Source: Malacoraja senta
Taxonomy: Eukaryota
Assembly (NCBI GenBank): GCA_038087875.1
Contig: JAXLNO010002298.1
Location: 1-64,000 of the forward strand
Length of the DNA stretch: 64,000 nt
Direction of reading: 5' to 3'
The notes below the pieces were generated by a model. It was given only the letters and a program-made list of their open reading frames with translations, was not told the origin of the DNA and made no database searches. Of the stretch, positions 45,916 to 60,100 are shown in pieces (position 1 is the stretch's first letter; the number at the start of each line of letters is the position of its first letter). The position numbers and the translations under genes were made by a program.

Positions 45916-47804
45916 GAAGAATCTACTTGAAGTGTCTTGGATGCGGCCTTGTTAGATTACAGCTAACTTAATGCGGAATTCCAACACCATTACCGGGATG
46001 GCGGGACTGTCATATGCTGAGAGAATGGAGCGGCTGGGCTTGTACACTCTGGAGTTTAGAAGGATGAGAGGGCATCTCATTGAAACATATAAGATTATTA
46101 AGGGTTTGTGCACGCTAGAGGCAGGAAACATGTTCCCGATGTTGGGGGAGTCCAGAACCAGGGGCCCACACACGCAGTTTAAGAATAAGGGGTCGGCCAA
46201 TTTAGGACTGAGACGAGGAGAAACTTTTCCACCCAGAGAGTTGTGAATCAGTGGCCATTTGGGACTGAGATGAGGAGAAACTTTTCCACACAGAGTTGTG
46301 AATCTGTGGCCATTTGGGACTGAGATGAGGAGAAACTTTTTCCACCCAGAGAGTTGTGAATCTGTGGCCATTTGGGACTAGGATGAGGAGAAACTTTTCC
46401 ACCCAGAGAGTTGTGAGTCTGTGGGATTCTCTGCCTCAGAGGGCGGTGGAGGCCGGTTCTCTGGATACTTTCAAGAGAGAGCTAGATAGGGCTCTTAAAG
46501 ATAGCGGAGTCCGAGGATATGGGGAGAAGGCAGGAACGGGGTACTGATTGGGGATGATCAGCGATGATCACATTGAATGGCGGTGCTGGCTCGAAGGGAC
46601 CGAATGGCCTCTACTCCTGCACCTGTTGTCTTGTTGTCTATTGTCTATGTCTATTGTCGCCCCTGAGCTTAAATCTAGAGCGCGGGGGTTGGAGAGAAAG
46701 ATGAAGAGAGGACTGGTGGACATTGGATATCTAGTTTGGAGACTGTGGGCCGAAGGGCCTGCTGCTGTTCCATGTGTTACAGAGATGTGGAGGCAGGGAC
46801 ACGGTTCTTCAAGGTCGTCTCCAGGAAGCAACCGCAGCTGCCACACAGTTTTGGCAGCAACTTCTAACGTTGAATGTGAATGTTTCATTTCCCAGAGACC
46901 CCTCCCCTCAACCTCACCACCCCCTCAACCTCACCCCCCCTCAACCTCACCCCCCCTTCAACCTCACCCCCCTCAACCTCACCCCCTCAACCTCACACCC
47001 CCTCAACCTCACCCCCCCCGTCAAACTCACCCCCCCCTCAACCTGACCACCCCCCTCAACCTCACCCCCCCCCTCAACCTCACCCCCCCTCAACCTCACA
47101 CCCCCCAGGGAGAGAGAGAAGGAGAAGAGAAGGGGAGAGGGGGAAGAGAGAGAGAGAGAGATCATGGCAACTCAACCCAAGCTGCAGTTGGGATTAGACA
47201 TACAGCACAGAAACGGCCCTTCGGCCCCACCCAATCCGTGCTGGCCCGCGATCCCCACACATAACACTATAGACTGGAGATACAGCAGAGAAAACAGGCC
47301 CTTTGGCCCCACCCAGTCCATGCTAGCACGTGATCCCCACACACTAACACTATAGGACACTAACTAATACAGACAAGATATTTATCGTGATGCTGTGAAT
47401 GAGGAATGTTATCGCTCTCTATCGGGATTTGACAATAAACCCACCCAGAACTAGAGACAGACACATCCAGTAGCCCCCAGACACAGGGGTGGGGGAGTGG
47501 ACAGATGCCTCCACAGATTACTGACCACCCCCCCGCCCACCGCCCACCCTGTCCCCCCTCTCTCTCTCTCTCAACACTCTCTCTCCCTCTCTCTATCCCA
47601 CACATACATTCCCCTCTCCCCCCACCCCTGTCCCCCCCTCTCTCTCACTCCCTCTCTCTCTCACTCTCTATCACACACACATTCCCCACATCTCTGGACC
47701 CCGCGCTGGACAGGATGCTCCACAGTTCAGAAACAGAATTACTGACACCCCCTCCCTGCCACATACCCTCTCTCTCTGTCTCTCTCTCTCTCTGTCTCTC
47801 TCTC

Positions 47805-47857
<53 letters not shown>

Positions 47858-49379
47858 CAATTTTCAATTTAAAACACTTTATTGGCATGATAAAATACAT
47901 GGTTATATCGCCAAAGTATAAATGAACATCCATATTTAAAATGCATCAATATAAATACAAGTATACAGTGCATGGATAGATATGTCCCTGTACATATATA
48001 TATATACTCGCCGCAAACGCACGTTGGGGGAACAGACCCAACGGGTCCGCACTTGGTCTAGTATCTGTATATATATATATATACTCGTGATACACCTATA
48101 GCCCTTTATTGATGCTACACATTCTTGCAGCTGTAAGCTGTACAACACAATAGCAAGTTTAGCAATTCATATTAATTTCTCTCTCTGTCTCTCTCTCTGT
48201 CCCTCTCTCTCTCTCTCGCTTTCTCTCTCTCTCTCTGTGTCCCCCCCTCCTCTCACTCAGTCTCTCTCTCGTGTCTCTCCCTCTCTCCCCCAGTCCCGTT
48301 ACCAGGGGAGGGGTCGGTACCTGTAAAGTTGAGCAACAGAACCAGGATTATTCTGGTGAGTGAGAGACGTTGAATATTCTGTGTTTCATCGTCCTGTCTC
48401 CAACTGGACAACGTCCCGTCAATGTTCCTGTCATCCCTTCACACCCCCTCATTCCCACCCCCCTCCTCTCATTCCTCACCCCCCCTCCTCATCCCCCCTC
48501 CTCTCATTCCTCACCCCTCCTCCTCACCCCTCCCTCCTCACCCCACCCACCCTCACTGCGTATGGAGCGGCTGGGCTTGTACACTCTGGAGTTTAGAAGG
48601 ATGAGAGGGCATCTCATTGAAACATATAAGATTATTAAGGGTTGGACACGCTAGAGGCAGGAACATGTTCCCGATGTTGGGGGAGTCCAAGAACCAGGGG
48701 CCACACACAGTTTAAGAATAATTGGGTCGGCCCATTTAGAACGGAGACGAGGAAACACTTTTTCTCACAGAGTGGTGAGTCTGTGGAATCTCTGCCTCAG
48801 AGGGCCGGTGGAGGCCGGTTCTCTGGATGTTTTCAAGAAAGGAGCTAGATAGGGCTCTTAAAGATAGCGGAGTCAGGGGATATGGGGAGAAGGCAGGAAC
48901 GGGGTACTGATTGGGGATGATCAGCCATGATCACATGAATGGCGGTGCTGGCTCGAAGGGCCGAATGGCCGAACTCCTGCACCTGTTGTCTATTGTCTAT
49001 TGACCCGCTGAGTTACTCCAGCACTCTGTGTCTATCTTCAGTTTAAACAGCATCTGCAGTTCCTTCCTACACGAGTAATCTGCTTACCCTCTAGAACTCA
49101 CATCCTGGGACACTGTCCAAGATAGACTGGTAGGGTGATAAGTAAACATGTGGATGTGTTCAGCCTTGACGGCACAGATTCATTCAAGTTGACCATTGTG
49201 ACTCTCTGCTGACCAGCCAGGCTCGCTTATCTACTGTGGGGGGAGAGATAGACATTCACGTTCCAACCAACACAACCTTGAGATTACAGCTGCTCTCTCA
49301 CTGATAGTCAGGCTAAAGCCTCACAAATGTTAACAAACGGCCTTTTGAATAAATAAAATAGACCCAGGAATAATTCATA

Positions 49380-49866
49380 GAAGCATAGAAACATAGAAAT
49401 AGGTGCAGGAGGAGGCCATTCGGCCCTTCGAGCCAGCACCGCATTCATTGTGATCATAGCTGATCGTCCCCAATCAATAACCCGTGCCTGTCTTCTCCCC
49501 ATATCCTTTAATTCCACTAGCCCGCAGAGCTCTATCTAACTCTCTCTTAAATCCATCCAGTGACTTGGTCTCCACTGCCCTCTGGGCAGGGAATTCCATA
49601 AATTTCACAACTCTCTGGGTGAAAAAGTTTTTTCTCACCTCAGTCTTCAATGGCCTCCCCTTTATTCTAAGACTGTGGCCCCTGGTACTGGATTCGCCCA
49701 ACATTTCTGAACAATTTTCCTGCATCTAGCTTGTCCAGTCCTTTTATATTTTATATGTTTCATATAGATCGCCCCTCATCCTTCTAAACTCCAGTGAATA
49801 CAAGCCTAGTCTTTTCAATCTTTCCTCATATGACAGTCCCGCCATCCCAGGGATCAATCTCGTGAA
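49380..49866 (-). mobile_element. Single chimeric CR1 fragment replacing the two left-arm copies
   Basis: 5' part carries GGAAAATTGTTCAGAAAT of copy 36565; 3' flank CTATGCTTCTATGAATTATTCC is that of copy 39415-39905. Confidence 0.8.
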
Positions 49867-50629
49867 CCAGGCAGATCAGTCACTGAGGCCAGGCAGCTCA
49901 GGTCACTGAGGCCAGGCAGCTCAGTCACTGAGGGCCAGGCAGCTCAGTCACTGAGGCCAGGCAGCTCAGTCACTGAGGCCAGGCAGCTCAGTCACTGAGG
50001 CCTGGCAGTGCAGTCACTCAGACCTCGCAGGCTGGCAGCTGAGAAACTGCCAGAAATTCTGCCCAAAACAGGTGAGAGAAGGGGGAGTGGGTGGACTGAA
50101 TGGATTATTGGGCTGGCAGTTCAGTCACTCACGGCTGGTGGGCTGGCAGTTCACTTACTCACGGCTCGAGGGCTGCAGTGCAGTCACTCACACCAGGTAC
50201 GCTGGCAGTTCACTCAGTCACCCCTCCTCCCTTCACCCCCACTCTGCCTCCTTGCCATTCCCCTCCCCCCATGCATTCAGTCCATCTTCCCACAACCTCC
50301 CCCCATGCTCTCATGTGGCTCTCCCACAGAGCAGCCATTCCTGCCCATTAGGTTACCATTGTGAATGAAGAACACGCCGGCATGAAAAGTGGAAAAAGAT
50401 TTATTAAAGTTTAAAACGTGAATGACTCTTAAAATATAAGAACAATTTAAATGTTAAAGATGAGAATTATTAAGTTCTTTCTTGTTGTGTCTCTTGTTGC
50501 TGCTCACTATGTCTTTGTCTCTTTGCTGTTTATTTAAAATAAAGGCATTTAAATATAGAGAGATTGAACGGTCAAATTTTAACAAAAGAAATCTGAGAAT
50601 TTATCTCAGAAGTCATCATTCAACGAAGC

Positions 50630-53316
50630 ACGCTTTTAATGACCATATCTTGGTCGATGTTCCATCCTTCAGGAAAACGTTGACATTTCCCTTCATCTTT
50701 CCTCGGCTAAGAGACACATATAGGTTTTCCATGCTGAAAATACCGGTTTGTCGAGGTAGATCAACACCTTCTGCATGTTTGTCCTTGTCCTTTATCGATC
50801 GTCATAGCAAACTTGATTGAATGGGGAATGTCTTCATCTTCTGTTAAATTGAGTGCAGACACTGCTCTCTGCTCAGCATTCAGCAGAGGCCCATTCTCCT
50901 CAACAAATTGCTGTTGTTCAGTTCTACCGTATTGCAATTCCTGCAGCATTTCTGGATTGTCATCATCAAGTTGCATCCTTCCATTTCTTGGTTGTGGTAA
51001 ATAAAAGAATTCCTTGTATTGTTGTAATTCTCAATCCTGGACTCACTGAAGAATTGGTACAAAACATGTTTTTGAGGCGGGGGCTGTCGGGATGGGGTGG
51101 GGGGTGGCAAACGTCCTGCAGCCGAGGGAGGGGGACGGCTTCAGGCGGGGGCTCTCGTGGGCCGATGAGGGAGGGGGGTGTCCTGCAGCGGGGGATGGGG
51201 GCGGATTCAGGACGTGGAGCATCCTATAGCCAGGCGGAGGGCAGCGTCTTGAGGTGGGGGATGTCAGTGGGGGGGAGGGGGAGAGTGCGGTGAGTGACCT
51301 ACTCATGGCCTCTGACTCACTCACTGCCTTGGGACTAACTCATGGCCTCTGGACTGACTCACTCACTCGTGGCCTCTGGACTGACAGACTGAATCACGGC
51401 TTGTGGGACTGACTGACTTATGCCCGACTTCTGGAGTCACATCCGGACTTTTGTAAACTGAAATCTGTAAACATCCACATTGAGCAACAGTTTCTTCCTG
51501 ACAGCCATCAGGTTATTCAACATAACGAATAAGCTCTGAACTATGAAATAGTATATTATTTGTACTATATGTTATTTTGTTGATCACACACACCCTCCAC
51601 CACACAGACATACACACACACACAGACACACACACAGACATTCACACAGACACACAGACACTCACACACAGACACAGACACATACACAGACACTCACNNN
51701 NNNNNNNNNNNNNNNNNNNNNNNNNNNNNNNNNNNNNNNNNNNNNNNNNNNNNNNNNNNNNNNNNNNNNNNNNNNNNNNNNNNNNNNNNNNNNNNNNNNN
51801 NNNNNNNNNNNNNNNNNNNNNNNNNNNNNNNNNNNNNNNNNNNNNNNNNNNNNNNNNNNNNNNNNNNNNNNNNNNNNNNNNNNNNNNNNNNNNNNNNNNN
51901 NNNNNNNNNNNNNNNNNNNNCAGCCGGGTCACGACCCATGACGCATACTGTTGCTACGCCAACTGGAGTACATGCGATGAACTGCAGGTAAGCACTGACC
52001 ATTGTTTCCAGCGTAGCGGGCCCGTTAAAATCCGCCGAAATGGTCAATTTCTGCGCTGTAAATAATTATGGAAATCAGGCTAAGCGTGAGAGACATTTAT
52101 CCTACTTCAGATTTCCAAAAGTGAGGAGAAATGAAGGTAAAGAGAAGCGAGAGCTGAAGGGACAACAACAGCTAAAGTACTTGGTGATCATTGGCCGTGC
52201 AGATATCGAGATTGAAAAATATTGGGAACTATCGCGTTTGCTCACTGCCATTTCATCACCAGTAAGGCATTATTTGTGTTTTTGTTGATTCCTTTGGCAT
52301 CTAAAAAGTTTCAGAAGTGATATATCTTGGTACACAATTTTAAAATCGCCCATGGTTCTCAAGTGGGTTTTTACATTAAAAAACGCCTCTGAAGCCAAAT
52401 TTATCATTAAAAAAATCGCAAACCATACGTGGGTTTGAATTACATTTTACCTCAGATGCAAGCCAAGGAATGGCATAAATTGTTAGCTGTTAATTGGACA
52501 TAATCAACCTCAGCAAATTGACAATATCCTATTGAAAGGGAGTGGGTGTTTAAGCTGTCCGGACATTTATTTTATTTGCCAAATATATACATCTCAATAG
52601 CATAATGATACAGTAGAATACTTACTTTTCCACACACCACTCGTAAGTCTGGAGATTTTTTTTAAATAATAGATTTAGCTTCAGCAGCGTTTTCAATTTT
52701 AGCTGTTGTTTGTCCCATTCAGCTCTCGCTTCTCTTTAGCTTCACTTTTGGAATTCCGAAGTAGGATAGATGTCTCTCACGGTTATCCCGACTTCCACAA
52801 TTTTTACAGCGCAAAAAATCACCACTTTGGCGGTTTTAACAGGTAGGAAAGTATGCGTTTCATGTATTAACAACATATACCGGAAACACTTTACAACCAA
52901 AACATTTTCTGGAAAACATGTTTTTAAAAGCCACGACAAACAATTTTGCAGACACTTTACAACCAAAACATGTTCTGAAAACATATTTTTAAAGACAAGA
53001 CAAACAATTTGCAAGCTTCCACCATCTCGCAGAGACTGAGTTGAGGCACGACACTTCCGGGTTTTATAGTCCCCCCCCCCCTGCCACCAGCGGGGGGCAG
53101 CAGAGAGAATGGTGACATTTTAATAAACATTAATAACTCTCTGATTTTTCATCGATGGGAAAAATCCTTTGGTCCAGCTCAGCGGGGGGGGGGGGGGGGG
53201 GGGGGGCTCTGAGCAAGGGGGCCAGAAATCACGGCCGCAAATGGTTTGCGTTCTTTCAGAAATCACGAAACAGAAAAATCAGAAAGTGGTCAAGATCTTA
53301 GTTTTAGTAATATAGA
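50630..53316 (-). mobile_element. Right-arm mirror of the Helitron/THAP composite
   Basis: 5' terminus at 53316; KFAMTIDKGQGQT near 50770-50810; THAP MVNFCAV near 52040. Confidence 0.65.
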
Positions 53317-54682
53317 TGTGGGACAGTAGCCTGAATTGCTTTGGGAAATACTGACATGCAGAAGGTTTGTTTACACAATGCATTGAATTGGATTTGTTTA
53401 ATACCAAGAAGCCGTGAGTGAGTGAGCAGTGAGTCCGCAAGCCGTGTGTGAGAGAACTGTGAGTCCGCAAGCCGTGGCTGAGTGAACTGTGAGTCCACAA
53501 GCCATGGCTGAGTGAACTTTGAGTCCACAAGCCGTGGCTGAGTGAACTGTGAGTCCACAAGCCATGATTGAGTGAATTGTGAGTCCACAACCCATGACTG
53601 AATGGACTGGGAGTCCACAAGGCATGACTGAGTCAACTGTGAGTCCACAAGTCTAGTGAATATTAAATCTATTGGCCGGCACAGGCACTCCAGGGAGAGA
53701 GCCAAAATGACGTTTGCCCAAGTTCACATGGGAGGGAGAGTGGGAAAACAGTGCCAGATCAAAGGGGGTTCTGCAGTTTCTATTGGTTACCACAGCAGGA
53801 TTTTACCTTAAATTTGTGTTGGTTCCAGCACAAAGTTACTGCAGTCAGAGGGACTGCAGTCAGTCTGTTATTGCAGTCGGGATGGGGTCTGCGCACAAGA
53901 TAGACTTATGACAGTTAGGAGAGACGACAATGTCACAGCACTCAGAAAGCGTGAGTGGGTTCATTCACCAGATGATGTCAGCAGTTGGATCAATGAGACA
54001 AAGATTGCAGTCAGGTAAGTGAGTTGGTTATTTGCTGAAGAAATGCTTCATTGGATCATTGATGGAATGACCTCAGTGTTGTGGTGAGTGAATGCAGAGT
54101 TTAGCTGGGAGCAAGGACACAACTGACAGTAATTATATTGCTGAGTTTCCAATGCAGACTGTTGGCACTCTGCTGAAAGCAGTTCCCTGGGTTAGTGTGT
54201 GGAGACTGCCTTCTACTAAGGTTCCACTCCCACTATATCAACAGAATCAGTGGTGACCCCATGATCATTGAGCCCCGTGTCATTCCTTCCCATTTGAACA
54301 GCTCGGCTTCATTCAACACTTTGGCAGAGTGAGTCCAGCTGAGATCACTCACTGGTGACCCACAGTCTCAAATCCACATTCCATCAAGCTCCACACACAG
54401 CTGGGTCACCACCAGTCCCTGCAGCGATAAAAATGTGTCAACGTGTGGAGCCTCACTGGACACAAGTGGAGATCAGGAATTCACCCCAAAGTCAGCATGA
54501 GTTGCCCTCATAGAAATGTCACACTGACCTGATGAGATGGTCTTTGTGAAGTGTAATAACCAGCACTGAGACTGGGACTGTTGACATGTTCACTGTGGGA
54601 TAGAAACAACACCGGCAACAAACCAAACAAGCACAAAGCAAATGCACAATAAACCCACAAATCTATTTCCAAAGTCTCCGTT

Positions 54683-55125
54683 CGAGAAGCCGAAGCAAAG
54701 AATTCGAACCCAAATAACCGAAAACATACGAAGCCGAAACGGCAAATGAACCGAAAGGGCGGGACGCCTAAAAGCCAAGAAACCGAAAGGCTGCGTCACC
54801 TACAAGCCAACTAACCGAATGGCCGCTCTGCCGAAAAGTCAAATAACGGACATGACGTCGCCGGGAGGAGGGACTTGTCAGCGATTGTTCCAGACCCACT
54901 CGTCCATCACATCACTGGCCGGTGGAGAAGGGAGGGTGGGGGGCATTTTCCCACACAAGCCATTATTTGACTTTTCGGCAGAGCGGCCATTCGGTTAGTT
55001 GGCTTGTAGGCGACGCAGCCTTTCGGGTTGTTGGCGTTTCGGCGTCACGCCCTTTCGGTTCGTTGGCGTTTCGGCTTCGTTTCCATTCGGCTATTTGGCT
55101 TCGACTTCTTTGCTTCAGCTTCTCG
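54683..55125. mobile_element. Right-arm mirror of the fold-back element
   Basis: Reverse complement of 31523-31966. Confidence 0.75.
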
Positions 55126-55295
55126 TCCTTCGATGCCACGTCCACACACGATTTCTGTGCTGCACTGTTCTATGCAAAAACACTAAAATACAGATTGTCA
55201 TCACTCTAATATGTTCTGTGAACATCCATTTTCTCAATGTCAGAGACACCCCACCATTGGTTTCTGATATATTGAAAAGCTCATGAAATTCTCAC

Positions 55296-55384
55296 CCTGT
55301 TCATCCACAATGCGCAGCAAGTTAGTCCAAGAGCAACGGCCAGTTTAATCGACAAGTAGCCCAGAACTATGATGATCCTAATGT
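55296..55384 (-). CDS. Transmembrane exon, right copy: (D)IRIIIVLGYLSIKLAVALGLTCCALWMNR
   Basis: 89 nt, intact splice sites, alternative acceptor at 55411; Lys kept, no Glu. Confidence 0.85.
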
Positions 55385-56222
55385 CTGTGAAGGACAAAAT
55401 GTCTAATGATCCTGTGAGGGACAAAATTGACATTTTCATTTTCTTTCTCCACCGTGTTTCATAATTAAATACTCCAGTCTGTGATGTGACATCTAAAACA
55501 TTCTGAATTAGATATTGGGACACAGTGAGAAATATTGTGTCAAGAGTGAGAAATATTTGTGCCACCTCTAAGTCCAGGGTACCTTTTATTTCGCGTCCAT
55601 AACATCTGAGGATTTCCGTTTGATATTTTCTGCTTCATTACCTTTGGAACATTGTGAATATTTTTTTGGTCTGAATATGCACAAAATAGGTTGATCGATT
55701 ATCTAAACTGATGTCAACCAGGTGTTCACCAATGTGTCTACACAAGAGGGCGTGGATACAGATTCACAGCTGAGACTCTGCAGGATCTGAATTCCTACTC
55801 TGGGCCGTAATGCCTGAGGAGCTAATAGAGTCAGAGAGTCATAGAGTGATGCAGCATGGAAACAAATCTTTCGGCCCAACTTACATGTCCCAGTTACACT
55901 AGTCCTACCTCCCCCAAGCTTGGTCCATATACCTACAAACCTGTTCTATCCATCACCCAGTGAGGTGTGAGAGGCATTGCTCACTCACTTGGGTTTAGTT
56001 AAAGAAATGTCCATTTTACAAAGGTGCAATCTTGCTTCAATTTTACCCTCATGTATGGGTTTGAAAGATCTGTGTTTCTGTAACCTGTAAACAAAAAATG
56101 CTTTATATTTGATTTTGCTTTATTCACTGATATAACATTATGCCATCAATCGACAGGCTCCAATGAAATTACACTTTGTTCTGTAGCATTGGGCATTGAT
56201 AGAAATATGAGAGACTTAAAAT

Positions 56223-57178
56223 TAATATCATATTTATATAATAGTATTCTTAATGGAGAATTGCCATCAACAGAGGCAATTAGAGAAGACTGGGAAAAAT
56301 AATTAATGGCAACAATTTCTAAAGAAACATGGGAGAGGTATTTGATATATACATAAATGTTCGATTAACGCCAGACATAATTTAATTCAATTTAAAATAT
56401 AACATAGATTATATTATTCAAAAGTTAGGTTGAATAAATTTTATCCAAATATTTCTCCCATCTGTGATAAATGTCTTTCTTAAAATGCCAATATCACACA
56501 TTCTTTCGTTTCTTGCACAAAACTTCATGGATTTTGGTGGGATATATTTGATATATTTACCAGTTTATTTAAGATAAAAATGGAACCTAATATGGAAACG
56601 ATTATCTTCGGAGTAATAGGAGACGGAAACAAATTAAATATAACCCAAATTTCATTTTTTTAATTATGGTTTAATATCAGCAAAAAAACTCATACTTAAA
56701 TTTTGGAAAAATGCTACTATACCAACACTCAAAATGTGGATTGGTAATATGTTGGAAACTGCCCACTTGGAAGAAATGAGATTCTTCCTAATAGATAAAC
56801 AAGACCAATTCTTAACGAGTTGGTCTCCATTTATTGACCTTGTGGATTCATGTGATGCAACAGTATCGTAAAATTAAAAAATTCTGTGTTTGGGCGAAAA
56901 ATGATTAACAATATAAAAAAGCATCGACTTGTGGCGAGGGAGAATCTCCTTTCTGCTTCACTTTCTTACTTATTTCTTTTCTTTATCTCACACTCACTAG
57001 ACTTTTCTTTACTCTTCACTATTTCTTTCTTTCTCATTTCTTTCTAAAAAAAAAAGGAAGTTGTACTTAGAATGTTTTAATAATTGTGGGAACCTGTAAA
57101 AATGTACCATCAAAATGTAATGTACTCACTTCTAATAAATACAATATTTCTTTTTTTAAATAAAAAATAAATAATGGT
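56223..57178 (+). mobile_element. 5'-truncated L1-clade LINE, right arm only
   Basis: Same family as 3109-4106; 11-bp TSD AGACTTAAAAT (56212-56222, 57179-57189); empty site in the left arm near 30465. Confidence 0.88.
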
Positions 57179-57938
57179 AGACTTAAAATCAGAAATTGTT
57201 TTATTTAGGATTATACAGGGAAAAAAGTAAAATTATTACTCCAGTAGTAGTTGAAGGTTGTTATTTGTCCTTGTGAAATCTGCGGTTAGAATTTTGTTTG
57301 GAAATGCCTTTAATGTCAAGTATTTACTACAGTCACGGTACAACTATGGTACCGGATGTGAGATTAATCAGATGTGAAACCTAGTGGAGAAATGATCACT
57401 GAAATCATCAAACCTGGAATTGTATGCAGTGGAAAAGTTTAGATTCACATGTAGAGATTGTACTCAAGAGAACAATAAACATAAATCTAATTTATGATTG
57501 TATATACGTACCCTTTAACAATAGTTAATTCTGTAATTATTCTTTATTGTTCAATTGACATGCAACATATGCATGTAGTTATGGTTAAGAACTGATTTCT
57601 CTTTAACATTTGAAAGATAATTGATGTGTACCTAAGATAAATGTGTGATATTTTTTACACATTGTTGTAGCAGCCACTGCTGTCAGTTGACTGGAACAAT
57701 TTTCATTAGAATCTGTTGTTCAGCATCTCTATCTTTATACCTTTCCTAAGTGACCAACAATAGAAGAGAGACTATAGACACAATACGAATGATTAGGGGG
57801 TGAACTCTGGTAAAAAGATCAATCTGTGGCAAGGATTTTCCATGGAAGATCAATGCTGAGTCATTGGGCGTGAGACCAAAAGAGAGAGCAGCAACTGAGC
57901 AGAACATGTTGTGATGTAACACAAGCTGAGGAACTTAC

Positions 57939-58208
57939 CGTTCACCTTAAGATAGATTGAATTGCTCAGCTTGAGGCTGTTTTGATGAAACAATCCACAT
58001 GTCCATTTCCTTCTCACTGTCTCAGCTTTTGGAATAATCAGCTGCAAAGACCACACTTCCTCTCTTGAATCCTTCAAAAATGTCTCTCCCATAATTTTGC
58101 CACCACTGTTGATCCAAACCAGTCTCATTGACTCAGTGACGTGAGACACAGAGCAGGTCAGGGTAACGTTGTTTTCCTCAATCACTGCATCAGATGGTTC
58201 GGCTGTGA
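57939..58208 (-). CDS. Ig exon C2d, right copy, intact
   Basis: 270 nt, TTACACAG| ... AACG|GTAAGT; RRKWTCGLFHQNSLKLSNSIYLKVN. Confidence 0.9.
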
Positions 58209-58587
58209 CTGTGTAACAAGAACATCGTTGAGATTTTGAACAGCAGCCATAGTTTCTACTCTATTGATTTCTTTATCAATGCCTTGATATCGCCACGACC
58301 GACCTAAAGGACAACTCGTATTGTTTAGAAACTCTTTTATTGTATGCTGCAGTGAACAGCAATAGAAAAGAGACCACAGACACGACACAAATGATGAAGG
58401 GGTGATCTCCAGTAAAAAGATCAGTCTGTGGGAAGGGTTTTCTATGGAGGGTCAATGCTGAATCCTTGAAGGTGAATGAAAAGACTTAATAATGTAATTG
58501 GTTACATTTATTTTGTGCAACTTGAGTTTCCACAATCAATTAAACCAACTCAAACACTGCACAACAAGCAGCTGCTGGTCGCAGCAT

Positions 58588-60100
58588 TGCCCCAGTCCAC
58601 TGTGTTGGAGTCAAATCCTTCCCCACACTGCCCCAGTCCACTGTGTTGGAGTCAAACCCTTCCCCACACTGCCCCAGTCCACTGTGTTGGAGTCAAACCC
58701 TTCCCCACACTGCCCCAGTCCACTGTGCTGGAGTCAACCTCTTCCCCACACTGCCCCAGTCCACTGTGTTGGAGTCAAACCCTTCCCCACACTGACACAT
58801 TCCACTGTGTTGGAGCCTTCCCCACACTGCCCCAGTCCACTGTGCTGGAGCGAAACCCTTCCCCACACTGCCCCAGTCCACTGTCCCTTTCCTCACACCG
58901 CCCCAGTCCACTGTGCTGGAGCCTTCCCCACACTGCCCCAGTCCACTGTGCTGGAGTCAAACCCTTCCCCACACTGCCCCAGTCCACTGTGCTGGAGTCA
59001 ACCCCTTCCCCACACTGCCTCAGCCCACTGTGCTGGAGTCAAACCCTTCCCCACACTGCCCCAGTCCACTGTGTTGGAGTCTACCCCTTCCCCACACTGC
59101 CCCAGTCCACTGTCCCTTTCCCCACACTGCCCCAGTCCACTGTGCTGGAGCCAAACCCTTCCCCACACTGCCCCAGTCCACTGTCCCTTTCCCCACACTG
59201 CCCCAGTCCACTGTGCTGGAGTCAACCCCTTCCCCACACTGCCCCAGTCCACTGTGTTGGAGCCTTCCCCACACGGCCCCAGTCCACTGTGCTGGAGCCA
59301 AACCCTTCCCCACACTGCCCCAGTCCACTGTATTGGAGCGTTCCCCACACTGCCCCAGTCCCCTGTGCTGGAGTCAACCCCTTCCCCACACTGCCCAGTC
59401 CACTTTGCTGGAGCCTTCCCCACACTGCCCCAGTCCACTGTCCCTTTCCCCACACTGCCCCAGTCCACTGTGTTGGAGCCTTCCCCACACTGCCCCAGTC
59501 CACTGTCCCTTTCCCCACACTGCCCCAGTCCACTGTGCTGGAGCCTTCCCCGCACTGCCCCAGTCCACTGTCCCTTTCCCCACACTGCCCCAGTCCACTG
59601 TGTTGGAGCCTTCCCCACACTGCCCCAGTCCACTGTGCTGGAGTCAACCCCTTCCCCACACTGCCCCAGTCCACTGTGCTGGAGTCAAACCCTTCCCCAC
59701 ACTGACACATTCCACTGTGCTGGAGTCAAACCCTTCCCCACACTGCCCCAGTCCACTGTGCTGGTGCCTTCCCCACACTGCCCCAGTCCACTGTGCTGTA
59801 GTCAAACCCTTCCCCACACTGACACATTCCAGTGTGCTGGGGCCAAATCTTTCCCCACACTGCCTCAGTCCACTGTGCTGAAGTCAAACCCTTCCCCACA
59901 CTGCCCCAGTCCACTGTCCCTTCCCCACACTGCCCCAGTCCACTGTGCTTGGGCCAAACCTTTTCCCACACTGCCCCAGTCCACTGTGCTGGGGCCAAAC
60001 CTTTCCCCACACTGCCCCACTCCACTGTGCTGGGGCCAAACCCTTCCCCACACTGCCCCAGTCCACTGTGCTGGAGCCTTCCCCACACTGACACATTCCA
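58588..60100. repeat. ~41-bp VNTR (with 21-37 bp sub-variants), long allele ~1.5 kb (right arm)
   Basis: CCCCACACTGCCCCAGTCCACTGTG(C/T)TGGAG units; the 322-545 aa ORFs here are artefacts. Confidence 0.95.

Noticed and set aside
53972-54014. 43-nt antisense exon-like segment (CAG|...CAG|GTAAGT), mirrored near 32634-32676
   Set aside because: Weak polypyrimidine tract and no partner exon with an open frame nearby; probably chance.
56223-57178. Both L1 fragments are truncated within ~55 bp of the same ORF2 position
   Set aside because: Only two copies, and ~1 kb truncation is typical of L1; not distinguishable from chance.
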